A DNA stretch of 64,000 bases from NCBI GenBank assembly GCA_951406725.2, contig OX597824.1:74524001-74588000 (forward strand), given 5' to 3'. The stretch is from Octopus vulgaris (taxonomy: Eukaryota). Numbering within the stretch: the first letter of the stretch is position 1; every line of letters starts with the position of its first letter. The notes beneath the pieces are model-generated. The model saw only the letters and a list, made by a program, of their open reading frames with translations. It searched no databases and was not told the DNA's origin. The translations under genes and the position numbers were made by a program. This document shows, piece after piece, positions 37,086 to 50,350 of this stretch.

Positions 37086-38133
37086 GGTACTGCATAAAGT
37101 GACATTGCAATCAAAATGTCCACTTGAAAGAATTATATCAGATAAAGAATAATTTCGTAAAGCAGTCGACTAAATCAGTAATCCAATGAAATTCTGCTAG
37201 AAAACCAAGATGAAAGTAAGTGAACGTATTCAAGCAACGAAATCAAATGAAAATATCGATTATTGACAACACTGATTTGTCAGATATTCACAATGCCACA
37301 GATTCTGAGAAGCAGATTGAGAAGATGCGATCGATCTCAGTACAAATTGACAGATACTTATTTTATCGACCTTGGACGGACGAAAAGCAGAGCGGACCTC
37401 AGTGGGATTCGAACTTAACTTCCACAAAAAGTACCTGAAGACCCCAAGAGAAATTTGTTCATTGCTCTATCAGTTTTGCTATTTACAATTATCTTGAGTG
37501 ACAATATTGGTCATCAGTCATTCTCATGGATTCTCTAAATAGTTTGTCGTTGCATTTTCTACGATCGTATGTAACACCTTCAGAAAACTGTCGCTAAGAA
37601 AAATAAAATGTTTGTATTTTTTTTTTTAATGCTGAGTGCATTAAACCGTATCGTTTTACCAATGTGTTTTATGTGTGATATCCACAAGACTTATCACATG
37701 TTAAATGTAGATGAAAATAGCGATATTTTCAGTTAGTAAAACTATTGATTTTTATATATCAAATTTCGTTCGGCTAAAACCAAGAGTTGCAAGCCAACGC
37801 TTGTGGCAAACGAGATAGATTCAGTATGTGATAGTAATTCAATTGACACGGAGATAAACCACTTTCTATATTGATAACCAATTGGATCTACGAAAAGTAG
37901 TATTGATCACCGCAGACGATGTTTTGAGACTTACTGAGAAATTACAGAGATGTCACAGCAGAAGCATTTACGATGAAAGGAATTGCACTTCTGAGAAAAC
38001 TACATTATGTAACTAGATTCGCTGCTAAGATCTAAGAATTGATGACGTATGGAGAAAAATAAATGTGCCGTCTGCTGTGAAGATTGTCGAAATACGTCTT
38101 TGTGAGCGTGTGTGTATGTATATGTGTGTGTGT

Positions 38134-38221
<88 letters not shown>

Positions 38222-38250
38222 GTATGTGTGTGTACATATATATGTACATA

Positions 38251-38281
<31 letters not shown>

Positions 38282-38299
38282 ATAACCAGTATAAACTAT

Positions 38300-38688
38300 A
38301 CTCTTTTACTCTTTTATTTGTTTCAGTCATGTGACTATGGATATGCTGGAGCACCGCCTTTAGTCGAGCAAATCGACCCCAGGACTTATTCTTTGTAAGC
38401 CTCGTACTTATTCTATCGGTCTCTTTTGCCGAACCGCTAAGTGACGGGGAGGTAAACACACCAGCATCGGTGGTCAAGCGATGTTGGAGGGACAAACACA
38501 GACACACAAACATATACACACACATACATATATATATATACATATATACAACGGGCTTCTTTCAGTTTCCGTCTACCAAATCCACTCACAAGGCTTTGGT
38601 CAGCCCGAAGCTATAGTAGAAGACACTTGCCCAAGGTGCCACGCAGTGGGACTGAACCCGGAACCATGTGGTTGGTAAGCAAGCTACT
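38300..38688 (-). mobile_element. SINE-B
   Basis: Family motifs. Confidence 0.9.
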
Positions 38689-38689
38689 A

Positions 38690-39005
38690 GAATTTTTCGC
38701 TCTGAGTCTTGAGCTTATGTTTCTTGGTTATTAATTTTCTTTCGAGGTTTGGAGTAGAATCTCAGCACATTTTTGTTAGTTTTTTCACGAGTTGTTGGAG
38801 TGTCTCAAACGTATCACTTGCTCTACACTTTATAATGGCATTTAACTGTCCTGTTCTGCGGCATAAAATTCTTATGCATCCTTCTAGAGCCATTACCTAT
38901 CTAGGTTGCTTTTTATAGGTTGTATTATTGCCGCGGGCTTTGCGAACAGTTCATAGGTGTTCCTTCAGGGTAACAGTAGCAGAATATAGACCGGTCTTGA
39001 TATTC
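38690..39005 (-). mobile_element. Possible R4/Dong N-terminal ORF fragment
   Basis: LYSATVTLKEHL...KKQPR*VMALEGCIRILCRRTGQLNAIIKC...KHKLKTQSEK resembles the pre-RT region of R4-clade ORFs (recalled pattern). Confidence 0.4.
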
Positions 39006-39389
39006 TAATATGAGTCTCTTTATTTGTTTTATAAGTCTCTATATATAAGTATGTATGTATGTATGTATGTATGTATGTATGTATGTATGTATGTATAAAT
39101 GACTCGTCTTTTTTTTAATTATTATAAATCTTCCACTGAGGAGGGAGCCGGTTTCCAACAAAGATACACGGCTCCATCTTTGGGATGTAGTTAACACAAA
39201 CAAATTCACGTTTTGAACTTGAGAAAAGTCTTGCATATTTCTACTGTTCCACTCACAGATTAGACTTGTAATGTACGAATCAGCCTGTCAATTTCTCTTT
39301 CTGAAAATCCCAGTTTATAAAATTTTCGCATTGTTGAAATATATAGTGATCTATTTCATGTTTCAAAACGTTGGTTACTTTTTACTCAG

Positions 39390-39426
<37 letters not shown>

Positions 39427-39515
39427 CATCCATATATGTATAAATAATACATAGACACACACGCATACATACGTACACACACACATATATATATATATAC
39501 ATATATACATATATA

Positions 39516-39598
<83 letters not shown>

Positions 39599-40285
39599 GA
39601 GAATTTTTATGAAGGATAAAATTAGTAGAAAGAAGGAGAACATTTAATGGGGATTGAACTTTTTCTTTTCAAAATAACTAAAAGCAATTAAATTGAAAAA
39701 ATTGGAATTGAGAGGAATATTGTGAAGATGGATGAATGTGCCATTCTATTTTGAGTAGTGTATTGGTTCGGTACATAACCTGAAGTGCTGAAGTGTTATA
39801 TTGGGTAAATTTCGAACGATAAAGTAAAAGGAAAAAGAAAGAATTATACAGTTTTTATCAAGCGTTAAAACGATTCAGAAAAAAAAATTAAAATAATTGG
39901 ATGAAGTAAGAAAAGATATTGGAGGTAAAAGGAAATAACGATCGATAAAATAAGATAAAAAGGAAGATCCTAATATGAAAATATAATTGGGAATAGCAAG
40001 AATAAGTAAAAAATATAGATAGAATATAATTACTTGAAATGTAAGTAAATAAAACGGAGTAATTGATTATATTTCAGTGTTTACATAGTTGCTAAGGTAC
40101 AGGTTTAAGTGAATAAATATGAGGAGAACTATTATAATGAAAGTAAAGAATGGAGGTAGGGATTTTTAAGGACAGACAGAAAAGGGAAACATGGGTTTAG
40201 GAATTAATTTTGAGAGTAACATAATAACTAAATTTAATAACGAAGGTTTAAGAAGTAAGACACAAAAGTATGGTAGAGTAGAAGA

Positions 40286-40668
40286 GTGGAGGCGCAATGG
40301 CCCAGTGGTTAGGGCAGCGGACTCGCGGTCATAGGATCGCGGTTTCGATTCCCAAACCGGGCGTTGTGAGTGTTTATTGAGCGAAAACACCTAAAAGCTC
40401 CACGACGCTCCGGCAGGGGATGGTGGTAATCCCTGCTGTACTCTTTCACCACAACTTTTTCTTACTTCCTGTTTCTGTTGTACCTGTATTTCAAAGGGTC
40501 AGCCTTGTCACTCTCTGTGTCACGCTGAATATCCCCGAGAACTACGTTAAGGGTGCACGTGTCTGTGGAGTGCTCAGCCACTTACACGTTAATTTCACGA
40601 GCAGGCTGTTCCGTTGATTCGGATCAACCGGAACCCTCATCGTCGTAACCGACGGAGTGCTTCTTAAA
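40286..40668 (+). mobile_element. tRNA-derived SINE family C
   Basis: Head GGAGGCGCAATGGCCCAGTGGTTAGGGCAGCGGACTCGCGG; 11-bp TSD AGAGTAGAAGA at 40275 and 40669. Confidence 0.9.
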
Positions 40669-40875
40669 AGAGTAGAAGAATGTGTTTTGTTGGGAAAATA
40701 CTAACAGACTAATGTACAAATCTTTTTAAAGACAGCCGTAAGTTGATCAACGGCTCGAAACAAGTTCAAGACATTTTATTTTAGGCTATTCGTTCTGGAT
40801 CTGATTTGAATCCCTGACGCAACTGTTCTATTCAAATAAAACGCAACAGTATTTTGTAGAACCAGATTGCAGTCC

Positions 40876-41223
40876 GTGAAGGCGCATGGCTCAGTGGTTA
40901 GAGCGTCGAGCTAACGATTGTGAGGTTGTGAGTTCGAAATCCTAGACCGGGCTGCATGTTGTGTTCTTGAGCAAGACACTTTATTTCACGTTGCTCCAGT
41001 CGACTCAGCTGTAGAAATGAGTTGCGACATCACAGGTGCCAAGCTGTATCGGCCCCTTTGTCTTTCCCTTGGATAACATCAGTGGTGTGGAGAGGGGAGG
41101 CTGGTATGCATGGGCGACTGCTGGTCTTCCATAAACAACCTTACCCGGACTTGTGCCTGGAAGGGTAACTTTTTAGGTGCAATACCATGGTCAGTCATGA
41201 CCGAAGGGGGTCTCTCTCTCTCT
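40876..41223 (+). mobile_element. tRNA-derived SINE family E
   Basis: A-box TGGCTCAGTGG, B-box GAGTTCGAAATCC, (CT)n tail; 13-bp TSD CAGATTGCAGTCC at 40863 and 41224. Confidence 0.9.
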
Positions 41224-41621
41224 CAGATTGCAGTCCAAACAAAAACCCTACAACTTTCAATTCATTTCAAATATCCATTGATGATTATCATAATTCATAG
41301 AATATCACAAATTGCTTATTATTTTCGCGTTTCTTTCATACAAGCAGGACATCCTATGGGAATTGATGTCAACAAAATACTAATGTGACTGAAACTGCAT
41401 TTTCAACTAAGTTTTGAAGAATCTACGAATAGTCTTCTTTCGGTTGGATTGTGATTTGAGTTGATACGTTCCACGAGACCATAAATATGATCGTGTGTAA
41501 GCAAGTAGATTATATTGCTTAAGCCTTGAACTTTGAAGTTCTGCTTTAACTTTTGATCAATTTAGCTCTCTTACAAAATCATTTAATTTATCTTAAAGAA
41601 GTTTATATAGCTCTATATTTG

Positions 41622-41922
41622 TGTGTTCCTTCTCGAGCCACACCTGGCTCATAAGGGCCGGTTTCCCGGTTTCCTTGGCATATAGGTTCCCCACCTGGAC
41701 TGGACGCCGGTCCGTCGCAGGTGAGCTGCAAGATGCAGGAGGAAAGAGTGAGAGAAAGTTGTGGCGATAGAGTCAGCAGAAGTTCGCCATTACCTTCTGC
41801 CGGAGCCACGTGGAGCTTAGGTGTTTCGCTCATAAATACACACATCACCCGGTCTGAGATTCGAACCCGCGATCCCTCGACCGCGAGTCTACTGCTCTAA
41901 CCACAAGGCCATGTGCCTCCAC
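41622..41922 (-). mobile_element. SINE-D
   Basis: Matches 19692-19982; flanking repeat ATAGCTCTATA. Confidence 0.9.
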
Positions 41923-42668
41923 TTACATAGCTCTATAGATTCACTTAAAAAAAGAAACACGGATTACGAGACACCTAAAGCTCCTCGTTTACTGAATCTG
42001 AAGATAGGACATATCTTTGAGGGGGTCTATAGAATGAAAATTCCATCACCATATGGGGTAGCCATAGAACTGGCGATTAAGATAATGTATTCTTTTTATT
42101 TTTGAATTCTACTTTTTAGCAGAAACAGCAGACATTGTTATGATCTTTGGATTGTCTTCATGCCATAAGTGTTATAAAAGGCTGGAACCTCAGCAAACCA
42201 TTTATCGACATTTTAAAACTCTCTGAAAAGAATAGTCGTAATAAATTTGAAGGAGCGGGTGTCTCTTATCTTGACTATTCTGTCAGCAAAATATGGTGGA
42301 TCTCCGTCGTTTTTACGATGAGGATTCAGTTATTCGATCAACTGAATTATCTGCTCCTGAATTAACGTGTCAGTGACTGGCCATTCAACAGACGCATGTA
42401 ACCGTAGCACAATTCTCAGACAGATTCAGTGTGATACAGTATAAGACATGGCTATTACTTTTGAGTTACAAGTGCAATTTACCTGATGGACATTTAAACA
42501 ACTTCCGCCTGCCCAGTTTTCGTCTCACAGGGTTTGCATTCACCTGAGGCTATAAAAAATGACATTCGCTTATGATGCTATGCTGCAGGATCGAACCCGG
42601 ACCTCATGCCAGCAAAACAAACTTATTTCTTAGATATTCAGCTAAACTGTACTTACAAACAAAATATA

Positions 42669-43086
42669 TATTTCTTTACTACCCACAAGGGGCTAAACAT
42701 AGAGAGGACAAACAAGGACAGATAAAGGGATTAAGTCGATTATATCGACCCCAGTGCGTAACTGATACTTATTTAATCGACTCCAAAAGGATGAAAGGCA
42801 ACGTAGACCTCGGCGGAATTTGAACTCAGAACGTAACGACAGACGAAATACTTATTTCTTTACTACCAACAAGGGGCTAAACACAGAGAGGACAAACAAG
42901 GACAGACAAACGGATTAAGTCGATTATATCGACCCCGGTGCGTAACTGGTACTCATTTAATCGACCCCGAAAGGATGAAAGGCAAAGTAGACCTCGGCGG
43001 AATTTGAACTCAGAACGTAACGGCAGACGAAATACGGCTACGCATTTCGCCCGGCGTGCTAATGTTTCTGCCAGCTCGCCGCCTTA
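42669..43086 (-). mobile_element. SINE-A dimer
   Basis: TSD CAAACAAAATATA at about 42656 and 43092. Confidence 0.9.
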
Positions 43087-43943
43087 ACACGCAAACAAAA
43101 TATAGATGGCCACGATTTTCTTATTACTGTGTTAATTTTACATTTTCTACTTAGGAGTGAATTTCTGCAGACGTAACAAAATCTTCAGGTTAGCTTTTCT
43201 TTTCTTTTTTTTTTTTTCATGTAATTGCAAGTCATTTTAAATAGTTAAATGTAGTGTTAACACAATCCACAATATTCGATGAAGCAATAACATATTAAAC
43301 CAATTACTTCTCGATTTCAGTTTACTGATAATACAACAATTCCCCCAAAAAAGTCTTTTGCAATATACCATGCGCATATGGCTGATGCAATAATTGTCAT
43401 GTGGTATGTCATATTCTTTTCTTTTTATTAGGGTGATGCAATAATTGTCATAGAATGTCATATATTTTTTTTCTATTAGTCTGATGCAAGACTTGTAACA
43501 TTACCATACAGAATCATCTGGAAAGTATTAGATTGTTGAAAAGAACAGATAGTATATTACCGTAGGCTGAAGGTAGGAAGTACACTACGTATGCAAAAAC
43601 TCCAGGAGTTACAACAAAAGCTGAGCTAAAAGAATAATGGCAATAATTATAATTTTTGGAAATAAATTTTTTGTTAAAGTTTTCTCTACAAATTTTCTAT
43701 AGAAACCATAGCCAGCTATGATTTGTAGATATACACTTAACAAGTGATTTAATAGCACTGCTAACACAGTAGAACACATTTTTGACTTATAAAGCTTTTA
43801 ATATACTTTGAAGTGTATAATGGTTGCATAACGGAATACGGTGTCCCTGATTGTCCCTACAAGTCATTAAATGTTTTGTAATCTTTGTAAAGATCCTGGT
43901 TTGTCTTTGGGACAAGAAAAAATTTGTATTTTGTTGACCTATA

Positions 43944-44224
43944 CGAGGTCTGATCAATAAGTATCCGGGCTGTTGCCATAGTAACAAAGCTAAAGCACGC
44001 AAAGTGATGTCGCTTGGCAAAGATTAACTTAGAACTATACTGTACATGCGCACTAAGTTTTAATGTTCTAACTCACTTCCGCTGTTTATAGCAATGCTTG
44101 AAAGGAACATCTGTAGCGTATGATCGTCGCATTGACCATGACAGAGAAAGTTCTTATGGCGATACGTGCTCAGAAGCCTACACAATGTACAGAAAGTGTA
44201 TGGAAAGGAGTGTATGAGCCGTGT
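43944..44224 (+). mobile_element. Mariner 5' end fragment
   Basis: TA-CGAGGTCTGATCAATAAGT TIR-like start; MTEKV...GDTCSEAY...QKVYGKECMSR. Confidence 0.7.
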
Positions 44225-44264
44225 ATTATATTCTGGATGCAAATGTTGTCAAAGTCGACTTTGT

Positions 44265-44975
44265 CTTTCGTCATTTCGGAATCGATAAAATAAGTACTAT
44301 TTAAGTACTGGGATCGATGTAATTGACTAACCCTTCCTAACAAAATTCCAGGCCTCTTGCTTATAGCAGAAAGAATTCTTTAAGGCAACGGACTGGTAGA
44401 ATCGTTAGAGCGTTGGCTTAAAAGTCTCGCAATATTTTTCTGCTCTAAGGCGGCGAGCTGGCAGAGACGTTAGCACGCCGGGCGAAATGCATTGCGGTAT
44501 TTCGTCTGCCGCTACGTTCTGAGTTCAAATTCCGCTGAGATCGACTTTGCCTTTCATCCTTTCGGGGTCGAGTAGATAAGCACCAGTTACGCACTGGGGT
44601 CGATGTAATCGACTTAATCCGTTTGTCTGTCCTTGTTTGTTCTCTCTGTGTTTAGCCCCTTGCGGGTAGTAAAGAAATAGGTATTTCGTCTGCCGCTACG
44701 TTCTGAGTTGAAATTCCGCCGAGGTCGACTTTGCCCTTCATCCTTTCGGGGTCGATAAATTAAGTACCAGTTACGCACTGGGGTCGTTGTAATCGACTTA
44801 ATCCCTTTGTCTGTCCTTGTTTGTCCTCTCTGTGTGTAACCCCTTGTGGGCAGTAAAGAAATAGGTATTTCGTCTGTCTTTACGTTCTGAGTTCAAATTC
44901 TGCCGAGGTCCACTCTGCCTTTCATCCTTTTGGGGTCGATAAACTTCGGGCCTTGTACCTAGAGTAGAGAAGAAT
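44265..44975 (+). mobile_element. Cluster of old SINE-A relatives with a young SINE-A multimer starting at 44447
   Basis: Repeated AAAGAAATA-GGTATTTCG junctions. Confidence 0.85.
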
Positions 44976-45159
44976 ACCGGCCAATATATTTGCCATTACT
45001 ATTGACAATATTAATTTCCCATTCCTGTCAATTCATCTTGCAAAAGAACCCCTTTTCTTTACATCATATTCTTGTACTCATATATATTCCTTATTTTTTT
45101 TCACTTATCTATTGTACAAAAAAATTATTCCAAGAAATGGAAATAATTCAGAACACAGA

Positions 45160-45392
45160 ATTCTTCTTCTTCTTCTTCTTCTTCTTCTTCTTCTTCCTCC
45201 TCCTCCTCCTCCTCTTCCTACTCCTACTCCTTCTTCTTCCTCTTCTCCTCTTCCTCTTCTCCTCTTCCTCTTCTCCTCCTCCTCCTCCTCCTTCTCCTCA
45301 GTCCCCTCTTCTTCCTCGTCTACCTTCTCGTGCTCCTCTTCCTTAACGCGGTCGTCACCCTCCTCTACCTCTCCTCCTCCTTCTTCTTCATT
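45160..45392. repeat. (TTC)n/(CCT)n polypyrimidine tract
   Basis: Direct. Confidence 0.9.
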
Positions 45393-45984
45393 CGATACAT
45401 GGCGCCGTCACAGGAAAAAAAAGGACCACAGCAACCGTTTTACAGAGTATCCGAGAAAGGTGCTGAGGTAGAGGAGGAAAGGAAGGTAAAAAAAAAAAAA
45501 AACCCACCACTTATGGATAGCTGTAGTAACGGAAACAACACTTCAAGATGTCGACTTGTTGAATTCTTAGATTAAAGACGTGCGGGGACGCTTGCAGTGT
45601 AGTGGACTCCACTTAAGTCGCTCCAAACTTAAAACTAAAGCGTTAAACCGGGCGAAGTATTAGCTCTGGTATTATAATCGCAGACAGTTTTCTGACACTG
45701 ATGGCTAATTTAGTAATTTTCGAAATTCTTTTTGGGATTCGGTATATTTTATCAATGAAGTTAGACTTCTTTATCAAATATTTTTTCATTCCGTAATTTC
45801 TATTGCTACAATTCTATTCTTTTATCTATTTTTTTCTTTTCGTTTTTGTTTTACAAGATATCTAAATTCAAACTTATAAAAAATTATTAAATAAAAAAAT
45901 AAATCAATAAAAAATTAAAGAAAGAAATTTACAATTTGTATATTATCTATTCTGGCAGGTGCAGAACATTTTCGAATTTTTTTC

Positions 45985-46077
<93 letters not shown>

Positions 46078-46091
46078 CGTATATGTAAATT

Positions 46092-46122
<31 letters not shown>

Positions 46123-46668
46123 ATATACATATATACATATATACACGCACACACATACATACATATATGTATACACACACATACACACACACACACAATC
46201 GATGAATTTCATCATGTTTTATTCTTTTGTATGAGGGGTGGGAAGGAAGAAGGAAGTGAATAATTATGAAGAAATTTCACACATTATAAATAGATTGGAA
46301 ATTTAAATATAACCCCAGTCACGAAAATTGTCAATTTTCATATATTAGATATCTTGAAAAATTATCTTATTCAAACAGGTGTAGAATATCAGATATGATA
46401 TGATCTGGTTCGGTATGGTGTTTAGAAAAGTTGATTGAAAATGAGCAAAATTTTTCGGAATTTAAACATAAACCCCAGTCGTGAAATTTCTTTCGCTCTA
46501 TAACTAACGGGCTCAACCTCCACAACCACCACCACCACCATCACCACCATCACCACCACCACACAACTGCTACTGCTACTATGGCTGTTTTTGTATTTGT
46601 GGAATAGTATTATTGGATTGCTGGTATGACTGTGGAATAGTATTATAACATACATAAATATATATATT

Positions 46669-46789
<121 letters not shown>

Positions 46790-47035
46790 AAATTAATTAA
46801 GGGTAGAAATTGATATTTATCAATTAAGACCAGTGGTCTAGCATATTAAAAAAGAGTCCGAAGATTAAAATATTTATATATACCAATTAAGGACTGAACA
46901 CGAAAAGTGGACAGTCAACATGCTAGATATAGACGTCAAATCGCCATTCACCACAAAAGATTATGTTCTCAGATCAAACTCAACACAAAACCATAGCAAT
47001 AAACAAGTGAAAAATATACGAAATGAAATAATTAC

Positions 47036-47100
47036 CCATGTACTAACTTAGTTTCAGCTGTTATTTTCCGCAAGGAAAACTGCAGCCATCATCAGCATGG
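47036..47100 (-). ncRNA. Type I hammerhead ribozyme, minimal Penelope type
   Basis: CCATG-CTGATGA-T-GGCTG...CAGCT-GAAA-CTAAGTTAG-TA-CATGG; all core bases present, GUA cleavage triplet. Confidence 0.75.
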
Positions 47101-47181
47101 TCCGTTATAAATGTAATTTGCTGGACTAGATGCAAAAATCTAGTGTTTGCATCTAGTCCAGCAAATTACATTTATAACGGA

Positions 47182-47246
47182 CCATGCTGATGATGCCTGC
47201 AGTTTTCCTTGCGGAAAATAACAGCTGAAACTAAGTTAGTACATGG
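47182..47246 (+). ncRNA. Type I hammerhead ribozyme, mirror copy
   Basis: CTGATGA 47187-47193, GAAA 47227-47230, predicted cut after 47241; G>C change at 47196 in stem II. Confidence 0.7.
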
Positions 47247-47408
47247 GTAATTATTTCATTTCGTATATTTTTCACTTGTTTATTGCTATGGTTTTGTGTT
47301 GAGTTTGATCTGAGAACATAATCTTTTGTGGTGAATGGCGATTTGACGTCTATATCTAGCATGTTGACTGTCCACTTTTCGTGTTCAGTCCTTAATTGGC
47401 ATATATAT

Positions 47409-47548
<140 letters not shown>

Positions 47549-47569
47549 CTCTCTCACTCTCTCTCTCTC

Positions 47570-47618
<49 letters not shown>

Positions 47619-47774
47619 ATATACATATATATATATATATATATTATATTAAATTAGAGATAAAACGACTATTAGGCAAATCATACAATGAAAAACTTAA
47701 GCCAATACATAAGATTAAATAATTTATATTATTTAAATATATATCAAAATTATTTTTAAAATTATTAAAAAAAT

Positions 47775-47808
<34 letters not shown>

Positions 47809-47980
47809 ATGTATGTATGTATGTATGTTTTATGTATATTTTGTCCGTGGATCATATATCTGAAAGAGAAGCACGATCTAAAGAATAGCCTCAGACCAAC
47901 CAAAGTCTTGTGAGTGGATTTGATAGACGGAAACTGAAAGAAGCCCGTCGCATATATGAAAATAATAATTTTAAAAAAAA

Positions 47981-48073
<93 letters not shown>

Positions 48074-48077
<4 letters not shown>

Positions 48078-48400
48078 GAAATGGAAAAACTTTCAAAATA
48101 CAAAGACCTGGAAATAGAGATAACTCGAATGTGGAATCTAAAAACAGAAATAATTCCTATCATAGTAGGCGCATTAGGTATAATAAAAAAATATTCAGAC
48201 AAATACATAGCAAAAACTCCAGGACTTACAAATATATATTACATACAGAAAAGTGCACTACTTGGCACTGCACACATCCTACGCAAAGCACTTTCAATAA
48301 AGTAATCATAAGAGCATCACAACAAACCACAGCACGTACCCAAGGCACACAGAACTACGCTCGGTAGTGAAGTGAAAGCACGCTATAAAAATAAAACTAC
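48074..48400 (+). mobile_element. 5'-truncated R4/Dong-clade retrotransposon inside (TAA)n
   Basis: KEMEKLSKYKDLEIEITRMWNLKTEIIPIIVGALG...QKSALLGTAHILRKALSIK*, 3' UTR, and (TAA)n on both flanks. Confidence 0.85.
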
Positions 48401-48472
<72 letters not shown>

Positions 48473-48680
48473 GGATCAATGTGCAAGAAGAAGAAAATAA
48501 ACAACTATGGCGATTTGAAGCGGGAAATACGAAGGTTGTGGTTAATGATGAGAGTACAGGTGATAGCAATAATAATGCTTTTAACATGTAGTTGAATATA
48601 TGTCGGGTCATAGTATGACCAATGGTTTCAGATCGGCTCGTCAGACTCAACCAGCGGAGGCTACACACACACACACACAC

Positions 48681-48740
<60 letters not shown>

Positions 48741-48789
48741 ATAATAATATAAATAATATATATATATGTATATATATATATATGCATAT

Positions 48790-49250
48790 ATATATGTGCA
48801 TATATAGGTACAGGATGTCACCAACAGCAAACAACATTAAATAGGAAAACAATTGAGTTAAATATGCAAATAACAAGAGAAGAAATTGGAAAACAAGACA
48901 AGTAATACAAATAATACAAAGAATGACCCTTCGTCTATGGTCAGCTGTCTATCTACTCCTCATTTCGAGATGTCTCCACTGTCCGGTTTTTGTTCCCAAC
49001 TTTGACCCTCTACAAATCCAAAATTCTATTTATGGGAGCAGTTGTCTTCGAAAACTCATATTGTCGTTGATTACTCGAAATGGGGACTAGATAGACAGCT
49101 GACAACTGATGAAGGGTCATTCTTTGCATTCTTTCTATTACTTGATTTATTTTCTATTTTTTCTCTCTTTATTTGCGTATTTATCTCATTTGTCTTCGTA
49201 TTTCACGTTGTTTACTGTTGGTGACGTCCTGTACCCATATATGCATATAT
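48790..49250. repeat. Imperfect inverted repeat with ~180-bp arms and ~105-bp spacer, in TA-rich flanks
   Basis: 48790-48968 is the reverse complement of 49074-49250 (GTACAGGATGTCACCAACAG / CTGTTGGTGACGTCCTGTAC). Confidence 0.8.
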
Positions 49251-49499
49251 ATTATTTATATTATTTAATTGAACGCCACGCATCCATTTCCAAGTAAGTT
49301 TATCTTAACCTTTTTGATGCGACTCTACTCTATGTTGTTTTTTCCCCATCCTCTCTAATTCCCCTTTTCTCCCTTTCAACGTTTTCTATATTTCTCCTCT
49401 TTTTCTTTTTCTCTCTCTCGCTGCTCACACGTGATCGTCGTCCAGCTTTCTTTTCCTCACGCGACCATTTTTCCTGCACATACACATACATACATATAT

Positions 49500-50069
49500 A
49501 TGACGGGCTTCTTTCAGTTTCTGTCTACCAAATCCATTCACAAGTCTTTGGTCGGCCCGAGGCTATAGTAGAAGACACTTGCCCAAGGTGCCACGCAGTG
49601 GGACTGAACCCGCAACCATGTGGTTCGTAAGCAAGCTACTTACCACACAGCCACTCCTTATTTTAAAAACATTTCCAAAATTTAAAAATCGCTGTTGGGA
49701 TCAAAATATGATCAGACATTGTGTTATCAGTGAATTCAAATTTTGCTGATTGCGATTTTTATTTTTTCCTTTCATCCTTTCGGGGTTGAGTCGATAAATT
49801 AAGTACCAGCACTGGATTCGATAAAATCAACTAGCCCTTCCCCCAAAATTTCAGGCCTTGTGTCTGTATTTGAAAGAGTTATTTATAACTTACTTCAACA
49901 GTCAATAGGCGCAGGAGTGGCTGTGTGGTAAGTAGCTTGCTAACCAACCACATGGTTGCGGGTTCAGTCCCACTGCGTGGCATCTTGGGCAAGTGTCTTC
50001 TGCTATAGCCTCGGGCCGACCAATGCCTTGTGAGTGGATTTGGTAGACGGAAACTGAAAGAAGCCTGTC

Positions 50070-50133
<64 letters not shown>

Positions 50134-50350
50134 TTGTGTGTCTGTGTTTGTCCCCCTAGCATTGCTTGACAACCGATGCTGGTGTGTTTACGTCCCCGTC
50201 ACTTAGCGGTTCGGCAAAAGAGACCGATAGAATAAGTACTGGGCTTACAAAGAATAAGTCCCGGGGTCGATTTGATCGACTAAAGGCGGTGCTCCAGCAT
50301 GGCCGCAGTCAAATGACTGAAACAAGTAAAAGAGTAAAAGAGTAAAGAGA
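49500..50350. mobile_element. SINE-B head (49500-49658, minus), old SINE-A relative (about 49720-49880, plus), full SINE-B (49908-50350, plus)
   Basis: Family motifs. Confidence 0.85.

Larger units (their letters stand above)
46883..47399. repeat. 517-bp near-perfect palindrome within (TA)n; Penelope-like inverted pseudo-LTR pair
   Basis: 254-bp arms 46883-47136 and 47146-47399, 9-nt loop, one mismatch found; long (TA)n on both sides. Confidence 0.95.

Noticed and set aside
39135-39190. GGAGCCG/CGGCTCC stem with a possible pseudoknot (HDV-like ribozyme)
   Set aside because: P3, P1.1 and P4 elements of the HDV fold could not be placed.
40286-40365. tRNA genes (Arg-like and other heads)
   Set aside because: They continue into SINE bodies with TSDs and lack a proper acceptor stem; these are SINE heads.
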